Virus record (IMG/VR): IMGVR_UViG_3300034073_003276
DNA from: a virus
Taxonomy: Duplodnaviria > Caudoviricetes
DNA: 64,000 nucleotides
Reading direction: 5' to 3' (one strand)
In this document: piece by piece, positions 17,674 through 28,100 of the stretch
How positions within the stretch are numbered: the first letter of the stretch is position 1
How the letters are laid out: the number at the start of each line of letters is the position of its first letter
Made by a program: the position numbers and the translations under genes
The notes under the pieces: generated by a model
Told to the model about the DNA's origin: nothing
The model's database searches: none
What the model saw: the letters and a program-made list of their open reading frames with translations, nothing else

Positions 17674-18828
17674 TCACTTTTTAGCGACTCTACTGAGAGT
17701 TTGAAGATATGCTTCCATAATTGGTGAAACTGAAGTATTTGCAGTTTCAATAGAAGTTTCTTCTGATAAATTCTCAGTTACATCTCTCTGAGTACCAGCA
17801 TTAGATGGGAAATATGATTCCCTCAGAGTTACTAGTTTCTCACGATAGCTCTCTTCACTATCAAACCCAACATTTTCGGCAAGAGAAGCGAGTTTGTCCT
17901 TCTGAGAAAGTGCAAGACCCTCAGCGACATCTGCAAAAATTACATCAGCAACTGACTCTGCTAATCTTCTATTCAGAGCAACATTTCTTTCGATTTGCTC
18001 GTTGAGTTTTTCTTCCATTTCATCAAGTTTATCTACCATGCTCTCGATGACATCATATCTATCTTCAGGGATTGTTACATAATGATCTTCAAAAAGACTC
18101 TTCATTCCTTGTAGGAATGATTCGGTCATTTCAGTCTTAAGACCGTGCTCAACTGCGAGTGCATTCTCTTGAATCCACTCATCAGCAACATACTCAAGGT
18201 ATGCATCGACTCTATCAGAAAGGCTCTCTTTGATAGCCTCAATTTCTTCTACGAGTGTCTGCTCATATGCCTCTTGAAGTTGCTCTTTGATTTCAGCAAC
18301 TTTAGTCTTGATAGCAGCTTCGAAAATGGTGCGTGCCTTCTCTTGGAATTCTTCGGAGAGTTCTTCGCCTTCGAGAAGAGCATTGACATCTTCTTCGATG
18401 TTAAACTCTTCTTCGACTTCCTCTTCCTCGTCTTCCTCTTCACCATGCTTCTTCATTTTGGACTTAGACTTAGGAGTCTCCTCCTCGCCTTCCTCCTCTT
18501 CTTCAGCAGCTTCAGAAACTACTTCATCATCAATTTCTTCGAGGATTTCTTCCTCTTCATCAGTTTCTTCCTTAACACCTTGCATAGGCATAGCAGCTGC
18601 AGCTTTCGCATTCACTACATCTTTAACCTGAGCAAGAGTTGCTCCTGGAGTTTTTAGAGTTGCCGAATCATCATCGGTCTTGTAATTTTCTGGAGTAGGA
18701 CCTCCGAGATCTTCCCAACCACCAGTTTGACCAGGAGTTTCCCCAGTCAGTTTGTGCATTGGTTCGGCAGGTGCAGCCCCTTTGGTTACTACGTTTTCCA
18801 TTTCTTGTAAATTGCTACCAACGGACAT
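17674..18828 (-). CDS. g22: prohead core scaffold protein gp22
   Basis: Highly acidic coiled coil; LSEEFQEKARTIFEAAI..K; between g21 and g23. Confidence 0.93.
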   Translation of the reverse strand: MSVGSNLQEMENVVTKGAAPAEPMHKLTGETPGQTGGWEDLGGPTPENYKTDDDSATLKTPGATLAQVKDVVNAKAAAAMPMQGVKEETDEEEEILEEIDDEVVSEAAEEEEEGEEETPKSKSKMKKHGEEEDEEEEVEEEFNIEEDVNALLEGEELSEEFQEKARTIFEAAIKTKVAEIKEQLQEAYEQTLVEEIEAIKESLSDRVDAYLEYVADEWIQENALAVEHGLKTEMTESFLQGMKSLFEDHYVTIPEDRYDVIESMVDKLDEMEEKLNEQIERNVALNRRLAESVADVIFADVAEGLALSQKDKLASLAENVGFDSEESYREKLVTLRESYFPSNAGTQRDVTENLSEETSIETANTSVSPIMEAYLQTLSRVAKK

Positions 18829-18859
18829 TTGATTAGATATTTGTGTATTAATCTATATT

Positions 18860-18867
18860 TATTTATA
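18860..18867 (-). promoter_or_regulatory. T4-type late promoter TATAAATA for g22-g23
   Basis: Exact consensus between the g21 stop and the g22 start. Confidence 0.8.
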
Positions 18868-18869
18868 AT

Positions 18870-19520
18870 TTATAGATTTGAGAGAAATTCTTGGAAAAGA
18901 CCAAGTTTATGCTCTTCAAGTCTTTTTTGGTCTACTAAGGTATTAATTCTTCTCTGTGTTTGCTCTGCAAACTTTTCACGAAGAATTCCACCTTCCCAAA
19001 CCCACTCCTTACCTTCCATAATTCCTTGCACAAAAGCATCAGGAGCAGAAGGGTCGGCAACGATATCGGCTGCAGTTGCGAGCATGAAATCTTCACCAAC
19101 AATCTTATGACCCTCATTGGTCATCTTAAGTGAACCTACACCACGAGAAGAAACACCAAGACAAACTCCTTCACCAATGAGTGATTTTGCAATCTTACCC
19201 ATTGGAGTTTCAAGAAGTTGTGCTTTTCCTCTAAAATTGTTTCCTTCTTTAGTGAGAGAAACAATTTTGTGAGAAACGCGGTCAAGATTTACAGTTGGAC
19301 CATCTGGATGACCAAGTTCTCCAAGAGCACGACCCTTATCAATAAAAGATTCGGTGTATCTTTGAACTTCACGAGAAAGAGTATCCATAGGATACATTCT
19401 ACCATTGCGGTTGCAAATGTTTCCTTGAAGGAAAACTCCTTCAATATACATTTTTTTATTTGCACCCTTTCCTTCAGTAATAAATTCTACTTTTTGGATT
19501 TCTTCTGTGATGAGTTTCAT
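18870..19520 (-). CDS. g21: prohead protease gp21
   Basis: MKLITE, NRNGRMY, ALGELGHP.GP.VNLDRVSH, GVSSRG.GSL, ADIVADPSAPDAFV. Confidence 0.98.
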   Translation of the reverse strand: MKLITEEIQKVEFITEGKGANKKMYIEGVFLQGNICNRNGRMYPMDTLSREVQRYTESFIDKGRALGELGHPDGPTVNLDRVSHKIVSLTKEGNNFRGKAQLLETPMGKIAKSLIGEGVCLGVSSRGVGSLKMTNEGHKIVGEDFMLATAADIVADPSAPDAFVQGIMEGKEWVWEGGILREKFAEQTQRRINTLVDQKRLEEHKLGLFQEFLSNL

Positions 19521-19522
19521 TT

Positions 19523-20050
19523 TTATTCGGAAACTAATTGTACTATTTCTGTGATACTAATGTTTGTAGATCCCCCATCAGCAAGGGCAGATACCTTTAC
19601 ACTTCTAGATAAAGTTGCTCCTGTAGCAGTGATTACACCAACAATTGCTGAAGTGTTTGCTGCAATTGTTACTGAAGAATCACTAGTTGCGGTTACTAAT
19701 TGATGTACTGTATTGATTCCTGCTGGTTGAGCATTTTCAATAGATACATAATCGCCAACTAAGAAAGGATTCCCAGCATTGACATCAAAGGTAATAACAG
19801 TTGAAGTGCCAGTAGTAATTCCGACAATTTGTTGCTTGGCAAGTCTTTCTTTCAAAACCTCATTTTGATATGGGGGAATATAAAATGAATTAGTTGTTGC
19901 AACAGGATCTCCACCAGTTTCAACAAAAGCTGCTGTTAATCCCACAGCTACTCTAATATATCCACTCTTCAGTGCGATTGGATTACTAGTAGCTGCTACA
20001 GAGACAGTTGGTGAAATTCTGTCTACATTTTGTACTATTTTTACTGCCAT
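19523..20050 (-). CDS. hypothetical virion-module protein, 175 aa
   Basis: Beta-rich ORF in the head operon with GITT/GVIT motifs. Confidence 0.75.
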   Translation of the reverse strand: MAVKIVQNVDRISPTVSVAATSNPIALKSGYIRVAVGLTAAFVETGGDPVATTNSFYIPPYQNEVLKERLAKQQIVGITTGTSTVITFDVNAGNPFLVGDYVSIENAQPAGINTVHQLVTATSDSSVTIAANTSAIVGVITATGATLSRSVKVSALADGGSTNISITEIVQLVSE

Positions 20051-20217
20051 TATTCGTTGTCTCCAGTAGAATCATTATCACCAAACATAGTTGCAGCAAC
20101 TACTGGTCGAGCTAAATCTACTCTATCAGCGGCTTTTGTATATAGTAATTCTTTAATTTTGTCGGAGATATCCGAAGGAGCTCCGTCAGTTGCAATCAAA
20201 TCGATAAGTTCTTCCAT
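20050..20217 (-). CDS. small acidic protein, 55 aa (MEELIDLIATDGAPSDISDKIKELLY...), at the g67/g68 position; not in the ORF track
   Basis: Open frame filling the gap between g20 and the next gene, with TAATG coupling. Confidence 0.7.
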   Translation of the reverse strand: MEELIDLIATDGAPSDISDKIKELLYTKAADRVDLARPVVAATMFGDNDSTGDNE

Positions 20218-20245
20218 AAAAATTGATTTATTATTATAAGACTAT

Positions 20246-21946
20246 TTATATTTTGCCACCTTTGGGTTCTGGTATTTCTACTTGTGTCTCATCTACGGTA
20301 GGTTCTATAGGAACTTCACCTCCAGCACCTTGCTCTATTGCTTGACCTGCACCTTCTTCACCACCTGGAGGCAATGGATTTCCCATTTCATCCACAGGTG
20401 CATTTGGATCTGGAATAATTCCTTTTTCAATTTCATCATCAATCTGAATATCAATATCAATAATCTCAGAATCTGTTTGGCGAAGAATCTTCTTACGAAC
20501 GTATTCTGTAGAATAATACTTTCCAATATATGGCTCAACAGTAGTCAAGAGAGTTAGACGATTTGTGAGAAGCTCCGCTTCTTTGAGCTCTGAGAAATGA
20601 TTATCATAAAGAAAATCATATTGAATATGATCTTCCATTTTTTCCCAATCATCTACAGAAACAATGTTTTTCAATAAAAGTTGAGTACGAAGCATGTCAT
20701 TAAACATCAACGCAAATCTTTTTCTCAGTCTTCCAACAAACTTGGAAAATTTTAATTCGTCTCTAAGAATTTCTGAAGACCTTCCTAGATTAAATCCATC
20801 TCCACCTCCAGCAATTCTTGACTCTGGAACACTTAGTGCTCTATAAAGTTTTTTCTGGAAGTATTCAATGTCGGACAATTCTCCAAGATTTTGACCGCCT
20901 GGAAGAGTTGTGATTTCAGTTCCTCTACCACCTTCTCTTCTTGGAAGCCAGAAGTCTTCCAACATTGACATATATTTTCTATCATCACGAACTTCGCCAG
21001 TGTTTGCATCATAAACTAACTTATTTCTATAGCGAGACATAACCTCTTTAAGGTATTGCTCTGCTTTTACTTTAGGAAGATTTCCAACATCAATATAGAA
21101 AATTCTTCTCTCAGGTGCTCTAGATAATCTGTAAATTACAAGAGAATCCTCAATCATGCGAAGTTGATTGAGTGCTTTGATTGCTTTATGAAGATATGAA
21201 AGAACTGTTCCCTTGTTTCTATCAACTAAACCTGAAGTGCAATATGTAATAGAGTCTTTTGCAATCTTAATAGACCCTTTGGATCCTCCGGTAATATTGC
21301 CCATTGGATAGTTGGGTGTTGGAGAATAGATAAAGTATTCCTCCATTTCGGAATACATTGTATCTAAGTTGTTTGCAAGATTTCCATTGTAAGAAATTCT
21401 ATTTGCAATTTCTACTCCATTTTTTCCTTGAGTTTTCTTTTCTTGACGCACATGCTTCATCTTCATGGGGTCAATATATCTTAATTCTTGTATACCAGCC
21501 TCTGGTTTCTTTGTATCAATTACTTTAAGATAATATAACCTACCATCAACATACCAATTTCTAAAAATTTCGTGGGACTTTCTATCAAAGTCCATCATCT
21601 CTTTAAGAGACTTGAATTCTTTTCTAATAATTTGCTTAAGTTTATCACTGGCATTTAGATTAGATAGTTCAATCTCTACTGGAGAATCATAAAGATCACT
21701 TACAATCGCTTCGTTCACTACATCTTCAATCGCAGAATCACACTCAGGATGAAGTGCCATTTCACGATATCTACGCAGTAAATCAAATTCAGTTCTGTAA
21801 ACACCTTCGATATCTACATACTGACCATAAAAACCCGATTGAATATAATAATCAACCCCGTCCTCATCTGTCTGAGGTACGGGGGAAACTATAGATTTGG
21901 ATTTTTGCTCCTTTTCATCAATCGAAAAACCAAAGAGTTTCGCCAT
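20246..21946 (-). CDS. g20: portal vertex protein gp20
   Basis: MAKLFGFSI, YREMALHPE, WYVDGRLYY, LHKAIKALNQLRMIED.LVIYRLSRAPERRIFYIDVGNLPK, EDFWLPRREGGRGTEI. Confidence 0.99.
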   Translation of the reverse strand: MAKLFGFSIDEKEQKSKSIVSPVPQTDEDGVDYYIQSGFYGQYVDIEGVYRTEFDLLRRYREMALHPECDSAIEDVVNEAIVSDLYDSPVEIELSNLNASDKLKQIIRKEFKSLKEMMDFDRKSHEIFRNWYVDGRLYYLKVIDTKKPEAGIQELRYIDPMKMKHVRQEKKTQGKNGVEIANRISYNGNLANNLDTMYSEMEEYFIYSPTPNYPMGNITGGSKGSIKIAKDSITYCTSGLVDRNKGTVLSYLHKAIKALNQLRMIEDSLVIYRLSRAPERRIFYIDVGNLPKVKAEQYLKEVMSRYRNKLVYDANTGEVRDDRKYMSMLEDFWLPRREGGRGTEITTLPGGQNLGELSDIEYFQKKLYRALSVPESRIAGGGDGFNLGRSSEILRDELKFSKFVGRLRKRFALMFNDMLRTQLLLKNIVSVDDWEKMEDHIQYDFLYDNHFSELKEAELLTNRLTLLTTVEPYIGKYYSTEYVRKKILRQTDSEIIDIDIQIDDEIEKGIIPDPNAPVDEMGNPLPPGGEEGAGQAIEQGAGGEVPIEPTVDETQVEIPEPKGGKI

Positions 21947-21976
21947 TTTATAAACTTAATTTGCTTTATACTCTAT

Positions 21977-22567
21977 TTAGTTGATATCTTCACCACCAGC
22001 TGCTGGTGAAGATCCCTTGATTGCTTCCCACCAGTGGACTTGCATTTCAACAGTAAACTCTTGAATTGCTTCAGTTTCATATGCCAAGTTAATGGCACTG
22101 ATGCTGGTTGGGAAAATATCATAGAAATGATATGCTCTCAAGATGGATCCGTCACGATTGAGTTGATAAACGAATGCATCTGCTTGATAGAGAGCTGGGT
22201 CAGTAGTTCCAGTCGAATCAGAAAGACGATTCATATAGTTGCTCCACTTTTCAAATGCAGAGCGAATTGCGAAGTCGGTGTCGTTAATGACTGTAATTGT
22301 CCAGCTTTCGAAAGTGCGGTCTCCAGCAAGTCTTAGAGTTCTTCCTCTGAATGCTACTTCTACTGGAGTAACATTTGATGCAGGAAGATTTGCTGCCTTA
22401 ACAAGAAATCTACTCTTGTCAAGAGTATTTGAATCCACTCCGATTGCTGCTGGAAAAGCAAGCTCAACTTCAAAGAGGTTACTTCTGGTGCCACCACCCG
22501 ACAGTTTGCTCTTGAAGTCTGTAATCTTTCTGAGTGGAATATTATTAAGTTGGGTTCTGGTTGCCAT
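21977..22567 (-). CDS. g19: tail tube protein gp19
   Basis: GG.RSNLFEV, LPAS, FRGR.L..AGDRTFE.WT.TVIND.DF, FP.SIS.I.L. Confidence 0.96.
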   Translation of the reverse strand: MATRTQLNNIPLRKITDFKSKLSGGGTRSNLFEVELAFPAAIGVDSNTLDKSRFLVKAANLPASNVTPVEVAFRGRTLRLAGDRTFESWTITVINDTDFAIRSAFEKWSNYMNRLSDSTGTTDPALYQADAFVYQLNRDGSILRAYHFYDIFPTSISAINLAYETEAIQEFTVEMQVHWWEAIKGSSPAAGGEDIN

Positions 22568-22586
22568 AGTTGTTTAAACCTCTAAA

Positions 22587-25013
22587 TTAAAAGTTTCCGA
22601 TTACTTCTTCAAAATCAACACCAGTCTTGGTGGCAATAAAGTTAAGACCAATGAAGTTAATTGATCTTGCGGGTTTAATGTAAATGTCTGCAACAAATTC
22701 ATTATTATCTATCACAGCAGCAGTGTTATTTGTTTCATCGCAGATAACGACATAATCAAAGATTCCTCTCTTCGCTTGGACATCGCGTAAGAATGGCTCA
22801 ATGGTGTTTACAAAGTTTGTTCTCGTAATCTCATCATTGAATTCAAAGAGAGCATCTTTTGCTGCTTGAGAAATAGCATCCTCAAGATAGATAAACAGAC
22901 GACGGACATTGATTCTGTCGAATGCGGAGGACTTACCAAATCCAGTCTTATCACCAAATAGGATAATACCTGCTCCTGGTGAGAAGATTACTGGATTGAT
23001 TCTATTTGAATAGAGAACGTCTCTTTGAGTTTTTGATGGATTGTATGCAAGTTTAACCGCATTCAGAATCGCACCTCTAGAGGTTCCTGCAGGTGAATAC
23101 CAGGCAAAGTTGTTGATGTCATTGCGGGCACAAAGTCCAGCAATATCTCCATTCAGTGGCACATATCTGAAGGTATTTGCAAATCTATCATACATGTACT
23201 TATAACCACTATCAAATATTGCATAAGTTGATGAGGTTACAGGTGCATAGAATTCAATTACCTTATTAGTGATATCAGCAGCAGACCTTACAGTTACTGC
23301 AGTCTGAGATGGGGTGTCAGAAAGTGCTGCTCCTCTGTATGGTGAAATGAATGCAATTGCATCTTTTCTCAATTCTGCAACAGAAATCAGTTTATTTGCA
23401 AGTGCTTGTGCATCGTTAATATTATACGCTGCAGATCCCATCAGAAGGAAATCTACCTTGAAGTTTTCAGTATTCTCAAATAAATCGTAACCATCAGAAA
23501 GTTCTGCAAGAGTTGCAGTTAAAGCGCCTGTGGATGCAATACCTATCTTTCCACCATAATCTGCACCTTCGGTGAGAGTATTTGTGGATGCACCAGCAGC
23601 AGCAAATGTAATTCCGTTTGCTTCCTGATTCCAAGCAACATCAGACTCAAGATCGAATCCTGTGCTATATCCAGTGGTTACAATACCAGTTGGTGAATTG
23701 AGACCGAAGATATACTCGGAGTTGTTTGCAAGATACTTTCTCCAGAAAGATGGATTACCTACTGAGAATTCTGCATCAGATGCCTTAGATAGTGCTAAGT
23801 GCTTCTCAAGAATTGTGCCAGCATTTCCAGTTACTGTTCCGAGAGCATCAATAACAACAACATGGACTTCATCGAATCTTGAGTTTCTTGCTGCAGCATA
23901 TGCAGAAGTGCCAGGTCTTGGAGCAATGTTATTCCAAGAAATGGATGATGTACTTGTTAAACCTAATGTTTGCTGATCAAACCAGTCAAGTCTTGAAGTG
24001 TATGCAGCACTTCCATATGATGTGTCTTGACCATTTGTATGAAGTCCAACAGATCCTGAAGATGAAAACGCCCAAACACCATTTGGTTGATAATCATACT
24101 CAGTCTCAGTTCCTGCGTCAGAAACATGACTTAGTACTTTTACATCAATTGAAGAGTTACCAATTCCAGTAATAATTCCTTTTAAATATCCATCTAATAC
24201 TGTTGTAGTTCCTATTCCTGCAGATACTCTACCTGCAACAGATTGAGTTACTCCATATCCAACTTGAAGTGCTGCAGATGTTGTAGTCGTAGTATAACTT
24301 CCAAAAGAAATCTCTACATTATCCAATGCAACTGTATTTAAAGATGCTGGATTGATAGTAACTGTATCAGTTCCAATACCAGTAACAGTTACACCAGAAC
24401 CAATGATTCCTGATAGTTCTTTTAAAGTTTGTCCAGCAATAACTCCAGTTGTTGTGACTCCAGTAATTATTGTGGTAGTGATACCAACATCACCATCCGA
24501 TGCAGTGGCAACACCAACAAATGTTGTGTTTGTAACAGCACTAGTGCTAATCCCTGTTAATGTTTGGTCTGCTTTAGAGTCAATAATACCAACCTTAAGA
24601 CCATTTGACCATGATCCTGGGTTTCTTGCAGCAACTACAACATCGGTAAGGGTATTTTCATCATATCCTAAAGCATTATAATGATCTAAACTATCAATTT
24701 TAACACTAGCAGCAGTTCCTACAAATCCATTTCTTAAAAGAGTGTCATTTGCTCTTACAACTCTTAGTGCTCCACCATATGCCAAATATGAAGAGGCAGT
24801 CAACCAATGCTCATAATGCTTATCTGTTGAGTATGGTTCTCCAAAATTGATAAGTAAATCATTCTCATTTTCTACTAAGGTTGGCGAATCTACAGGTCCC
24901 TTAGCAAAAGGTGCTACTATTGCACCAATCTTATCAGATGAAGGAGTAGCTCTTCCTATTGTTAAGTCAATTTCTCTTACTACAATTCCAGGAGATGCTA
25001 AATTAAGCGGCAT
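22587..25013 (-). CDS. g18: tail sheath protein gp18 (808 aa, Thr/Gly-rich insertion)
   Basis: SPGIVVREIDLT, FDSGYKYMYDRF, WYSPAG..RG, RINP, GDKT, AFDRINVRRLF, YIKPARSINFI.LNF.A. Confidence 0.98.
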   Translation of the reverse strand: MPLNLASPGIVVREIDLTIGRATPSSDKIGAIVAPFAKGPVDSPTLVENENDLLINFGEPYSTDKHYEHWLTASSYLAYGGALRVVRANDTLLRNGFVGTAASVKIDSLDHYNALGYDENTLTDVVVAARNPGSWSNGLKVGIIDSKADQTLTGISTSAVTNTTFVGVATASDGDVGITTTIITGVTTTGVIAGQTLKELSGIIGSGVTVTGIGTDTVTINPASLNTVALDNVEISFGSYTTTTTSAALQVGYGVTQSVAGRVSAGIGTTTVLDGYLKGIITGIGNSSIDVKVLSHVSDAGTETEYDYQPNGVWAFSSSGSVGLHTNGQDTSYGSAAYTSRLDWFDQQTLGLTSTSSISWNNIAPRPGTSAYAAARNSRFDEVHVVVIDALGTVTGNAGTILEKHLALSKASDAEFSVGNPSFWRKYLANNSEYIFGLNSPTGIVTTGYSTGFDLESDVAWNQEANGITFAAAGASTNTLTEGADYGGKIGIASTGALTATLAELSDGYDLFENTENFKVDFLLMGSAAYNINDAQALANKLISVAELRKDAIAFISPYRGAALSDTPSQTAVTVRSAADITNKVIEFYAPVTSSTYAIFDSGYKYMYDRFANTFRYVPLNGDIAGLCARNDINNFAWYSPAGTSRGAILNAVKLAYNPSKTQRDVLYSNRINPVIFSPGAGIILFGDKTGFGKSSAFDRINVRRLFIYLEDAISQAAKDALFEFNDEITRTNFVNTIEPFLRDVQAKRGIFDYVVICDETNNTAAVIDNNEFVADIYIKPARSINFIGLNFIATKTGVDFEEVIGNF

Positions 25014-25049
25014 CTTTATTCTCCTACAAGTCCAGAATTAATCTAAAAG

Positions 25050-25057
25050 TATTTATA
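25050..25057 (-). promoter_or_regulatory. T4-type late promoter TATAAATA for g18
   Basis: Exact consensus upstream of g18. Confidence 0.8.
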
Positions 25058-25074
25058 ATTTCCTACTTCTTTGT

Positions 25075-26781
25075 CTATCTATAATCCCACATATAGGATC
25101 TATCTCCATATTCATCCAAATTCCAAACTTCCAGTGATTCTAGTGAATTATTTTTGTCATGTGAAGATGCTGACATCCATCTATCTCCCGTTTCTTTTTC
25201 CACAAATACTTCCATATCTTCTAGCCCATCAGAAATAAATCCAAAGGGTGCCATATCCTGCTCTATTTGATTTTTCTGCTCTTCATAGATTCTTTTACGG
25301 ACATCATTATCTGTCATCTCTTTGAAATAGTCCTGTGCCACCAACCAAGAGAAGATTACAAGGCACATTGCCAAATCATCATTACAACCCTCTTCTGCCT
25401 CAAAAGAATTATGTCTCTGAGCGAATGTGGTTAACTCTGAGATAATTTCATAATCTACAGTAAGTAGTTTATCATCTTCTAATAAAGTTTTTAAGTTGGA
25501 ACATCCTAACTTCTTCACTGCAGCAGTCATTCTCACACCCAATTGTGATTTTTTACCACTAAATCCAGATCCAACAATCTGACCTGCACGACCTCTCATT
25601 GCACACATAAGCACATTGTCATATTCCAAATCAAAGTGTAAAATGTTTGCTACTTGGTCTCCAATATCATTAACTTCAATCAGCAACCAAGCATCATTAT
25701 ATCCTTTTGCTACTTCGTGAATAATACTTGGAAATAGCATCGGTTTAATTTCATTATTCCTATACTTTGCTACTACTTTATATGGAAACTGTGTAATATC
25801 AAAAACAATAAACGCAGAGTAATCATTTCCAAGACCCCTAGCAACATCGACGGTTATTAAGTAATTATTTTCTGGTTTTGGATGCTCATAAACATCTAAA
25901 CCAGCGTTTCTTTTAATTGGATCATCATATGCAAGATTTCTAAGTTTTGCTGGATTAATAAGAGTGTTGACAGAACCTAAGAATTCGCATTCAAACTCAA
26001 CTTTAAACTGTTGCTCTGAAGTGTTAGCAATTGTCTGTTCTTTCCAAGCATCATCTCTACCTGGAACTTCAGACCAATGAACATCGGTCGGCACATATTC
26101 ATTTTTATTTCTTTCAGCATCGTGCCACATACGGTAGAAATGATTCATACCGCGTGGAGTTGAAACTATAATAACTTTCGTGCTTTGTCCGGAAGAAATG
26201 GTTGGATATACTGATGCAAAGAAGTCATCGGCAATGTGATTTGGAATAAACGCAAATTCGTCCAAGAAAATCACATTGTATGATCCACCTCGAACTGCAG
26301 ATGATGATGTAGAGTTGGATGAAATTTTAGACCCATTCTCTAATTCTAAACTACCTTTATTCCAAGACACAATACCCTGCTGCATCCACTTTGGTAGATT
26401 TTCATAAGCAAGTTGCAATCTTCCAAGAAGGTCTCTGGCAGTTGATGCTTTGTTTGCAAGAATTGCAATGTTTACATTGTCATTGAATACTGCATAATGT
26501 AAAAGATATGAAACAACAGTTGTAGATTTACCCGTCTGACGGGGCATCTTACAAATATTGAAACGATTGTCGTGGAAGTTTTGAATTAACCTTTCTTGGA
26601 AAGGATACATTTTAAAAGGTACAAGACCATGATCAAGAGAAACAATCTTGATGTAGTTTCTGGCAAAATAAACAGGATCTTCCTTACACCTTAAAAACTC
26701 AATAATTTGCTCTTCAGTAAATTGAATTTGGGTATTCGCCTTTTTCAGGTTTGGATTTCCCAAATAGACATTATCAGACAT
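25075..26781 (-). CDS. g17: terminase large subunit gp17
   Basis: YLGNPNLK, DPVYFARNY, PRQTGKST, IFLDEFAF, IVSTPRG, DVARG...D, DDLAMC. Confidence 0.98.
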   Translation of the reverse strand: MSDNVYLGNPNLKKANTQIQFTEEQIIEFLRCKEDPVYFARNYIKIVSLDHGLVPFKMYPFQERLIQNFHDNRFNICKMPRQTGKSTTVVSYLLHYAVFNDNVNIAILANKASTARDLLGRLQLAYENLPKWMQQGIVSWNKGSLELENGSKISSNSTSSSAVRGGSYNVIFLDEFAFIPNHIADDFFASVYPTISSGQSTKVIIVSTPRGMNHFYRMWHDAERNKNEYVPTDVHWSEVPGRDDAWKEQTIANTSEQQFKVEFECEFLGSVNTLINPAKLRNLAYDDPIKRNAGLDVYEHPKPENNYLITVDVARGLGNDYSAFIVFDITQFPYKVVAKYRNNEIKPMLFPSIIHEVAKGYNDAWLLIEVNDIGDQVANILHFDLEYDNVLMCAMRGRAGQIVGSGFSGKKSQLGVRMTAAVKKLGCSNLKTLLEDDKLLTVDYEIISELTTFAQRHNSFEAEEGCNDDLAMCLVIFSWLVAQDYFKEMTDNDVRKRIYEEQKNQIEQDMAPFGFISDGLEDMEVFVEKETGDRWMSASSHDKNNSLESLEVWNLDEYGDRSYMWDYR

Positions 26782-26792
26782 AGTATATCTCC

Positions 26793-28097
26793 TTATGTTA
26801 AATCATAAAAACCCAAAGAACCAACAATATCTCCAGTTCCACTAATTGTTCTTGCAGCAACTGTATAAATATCACTCACACCTGCTTGTGTTGTTCCTAA
26901 TTGAAGTGCCCAGTTATATTCTTGTTTTTGTGTTAAAGCACCAGAAGATTGGTTTGCTCCAAATGTATAAGTAGTATCTACTATTTTTCCACCAGTCATT
27001 GCAGTTGCAGAAACATCATACTCAACATTATCTGTGATGGAATCTGGAATATCTGTAAATCCTGCACCAGTTAAAGTTGCGTTTCTAATAAGTGCAACTT
27101 CATAACCAACATTATTGGAAAGTGGGAGAGAAACAAATTGACTTGGAATTACAACCGCAAATTCTCTTCCTGCTTTGAGACGAATGGAAACTAAAGGTTT
27201 AAAAGTTGTAGTAGCACTTATTGTAGATACTCTTCTTGCAATAGTTTCGGGTTTCTTTCTCTCATACCCACCATTTGACATTACAGTAGCACAAATTTGC
27301 TTCATCGTAGAGGATGAAGTTGTGATTCCAGTATTCAATATTTCATAACGAATTGGAAGAGTTGCGGTTCTCATATACACACTATCAATCAAATTTGCGT
27401 GATTGAATTGATGTGCTGTAATAAACTTCCCATCAATCGCAAATCCAACTCTGACGGAACCAACACCCAACCATTCATACTCAGAGAAAATAATTTGTGC
27501 CTTAGTTAAATCTAATTGAATTCCACTTGGATTACTTGTGCTAAATCCAGTTCCATCCAAAGTATCAGTATTCCACTCTGATTGTGGAATTGTAATTGTC
27601 GTTCCTACACCAGATGAAGTAGTTCTTTTGATAATATTAATTTGAGAACCAACTTGTTCTAAAAATATTCCATTTTGTGAAGAACCATATCCAACTCTTT
27701 GAGTTAGACTATCTTTAGGTGGTTCAAGGACAAATGTTTGTAATACCTGTAAAGACTTTCCTGGTTGATATGAAAATGCTCTTTTACTTTGACGAACTAA
27801 TCTACATCCTGCAGTTGTTCCAATACCAAGAGTTGCAGAACTTTGTGCTGTGATGAATCCAACAGTAGAACCAGTTCCTACAACTACATCATCAAAATCA
27901 CCATCTTGATAATAGATATGAGAAGAATCAAAAAGAGTGAGTGGATTAGAAACCTTTAATCTACCAAAAAGGTCTCCACTGAATCCCTGTCCCAAGTCAT
28001 CATAGATGTTTCCATACCTATCGGCACGCATATAAACTTCAAAAAGTGTTCTTTCTTGATTTAGAAAGTCTTGTTCATTCTTATTCCACTGTGCCAT
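26793..28097 (-). CDS. hypothetical, probably virion structural protein, 434 aa
   Basis: Beta-rich, many GIGTT/GVGTT motifs; inserted between g16 and g17. Confidence 0.75.
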   Translation of the reverse strand: MAQWNKNEQDFLNQERTLFEVYMRADRYGNIYDDLGQGFSGDLFGRLKVSNPLTLFDSSHIYYQDGDFDDVVVGTGSTVGFITAQSSATLGIGTTAGCRLVRQSKRAFSYQPGKSLQVLQTFVLEPPKDSLTQRVGYGSSQNGIFLEQVGSQINIIKRTTSSGVGTTITIPQSEWNTDTLDGTGFSTSNPSGIQLDLTKAQIIFSEYEWLGVGSVRVGFAIDGKFITAHQFNHANLIDSVYMRTATLPIRYEILNTGITTSSSTMKQICATVMSNGGYERKKPETIARRVSTISATTTFKPLVSIRLKAGREFAVVIPSQFVSLPLSNNVGYEVALIRNATLTGAGFTDIPDSITDNVEYDVSATAMTGGKIVDTTYTFGANQSSGALTQKQEYNWALQLGTTQAGVSDIYTVAARTISGTGDIVGSLGFYDLT

Positions 28098-28100
28098 TAA

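Noticed and set aside
8951-26781. Introns or inteins in g46, uvsW, g20, g17
   Set aside because: The ORFs are continuous and of typical length, with no intein C/S...HN motifs or group I intron interruptions.
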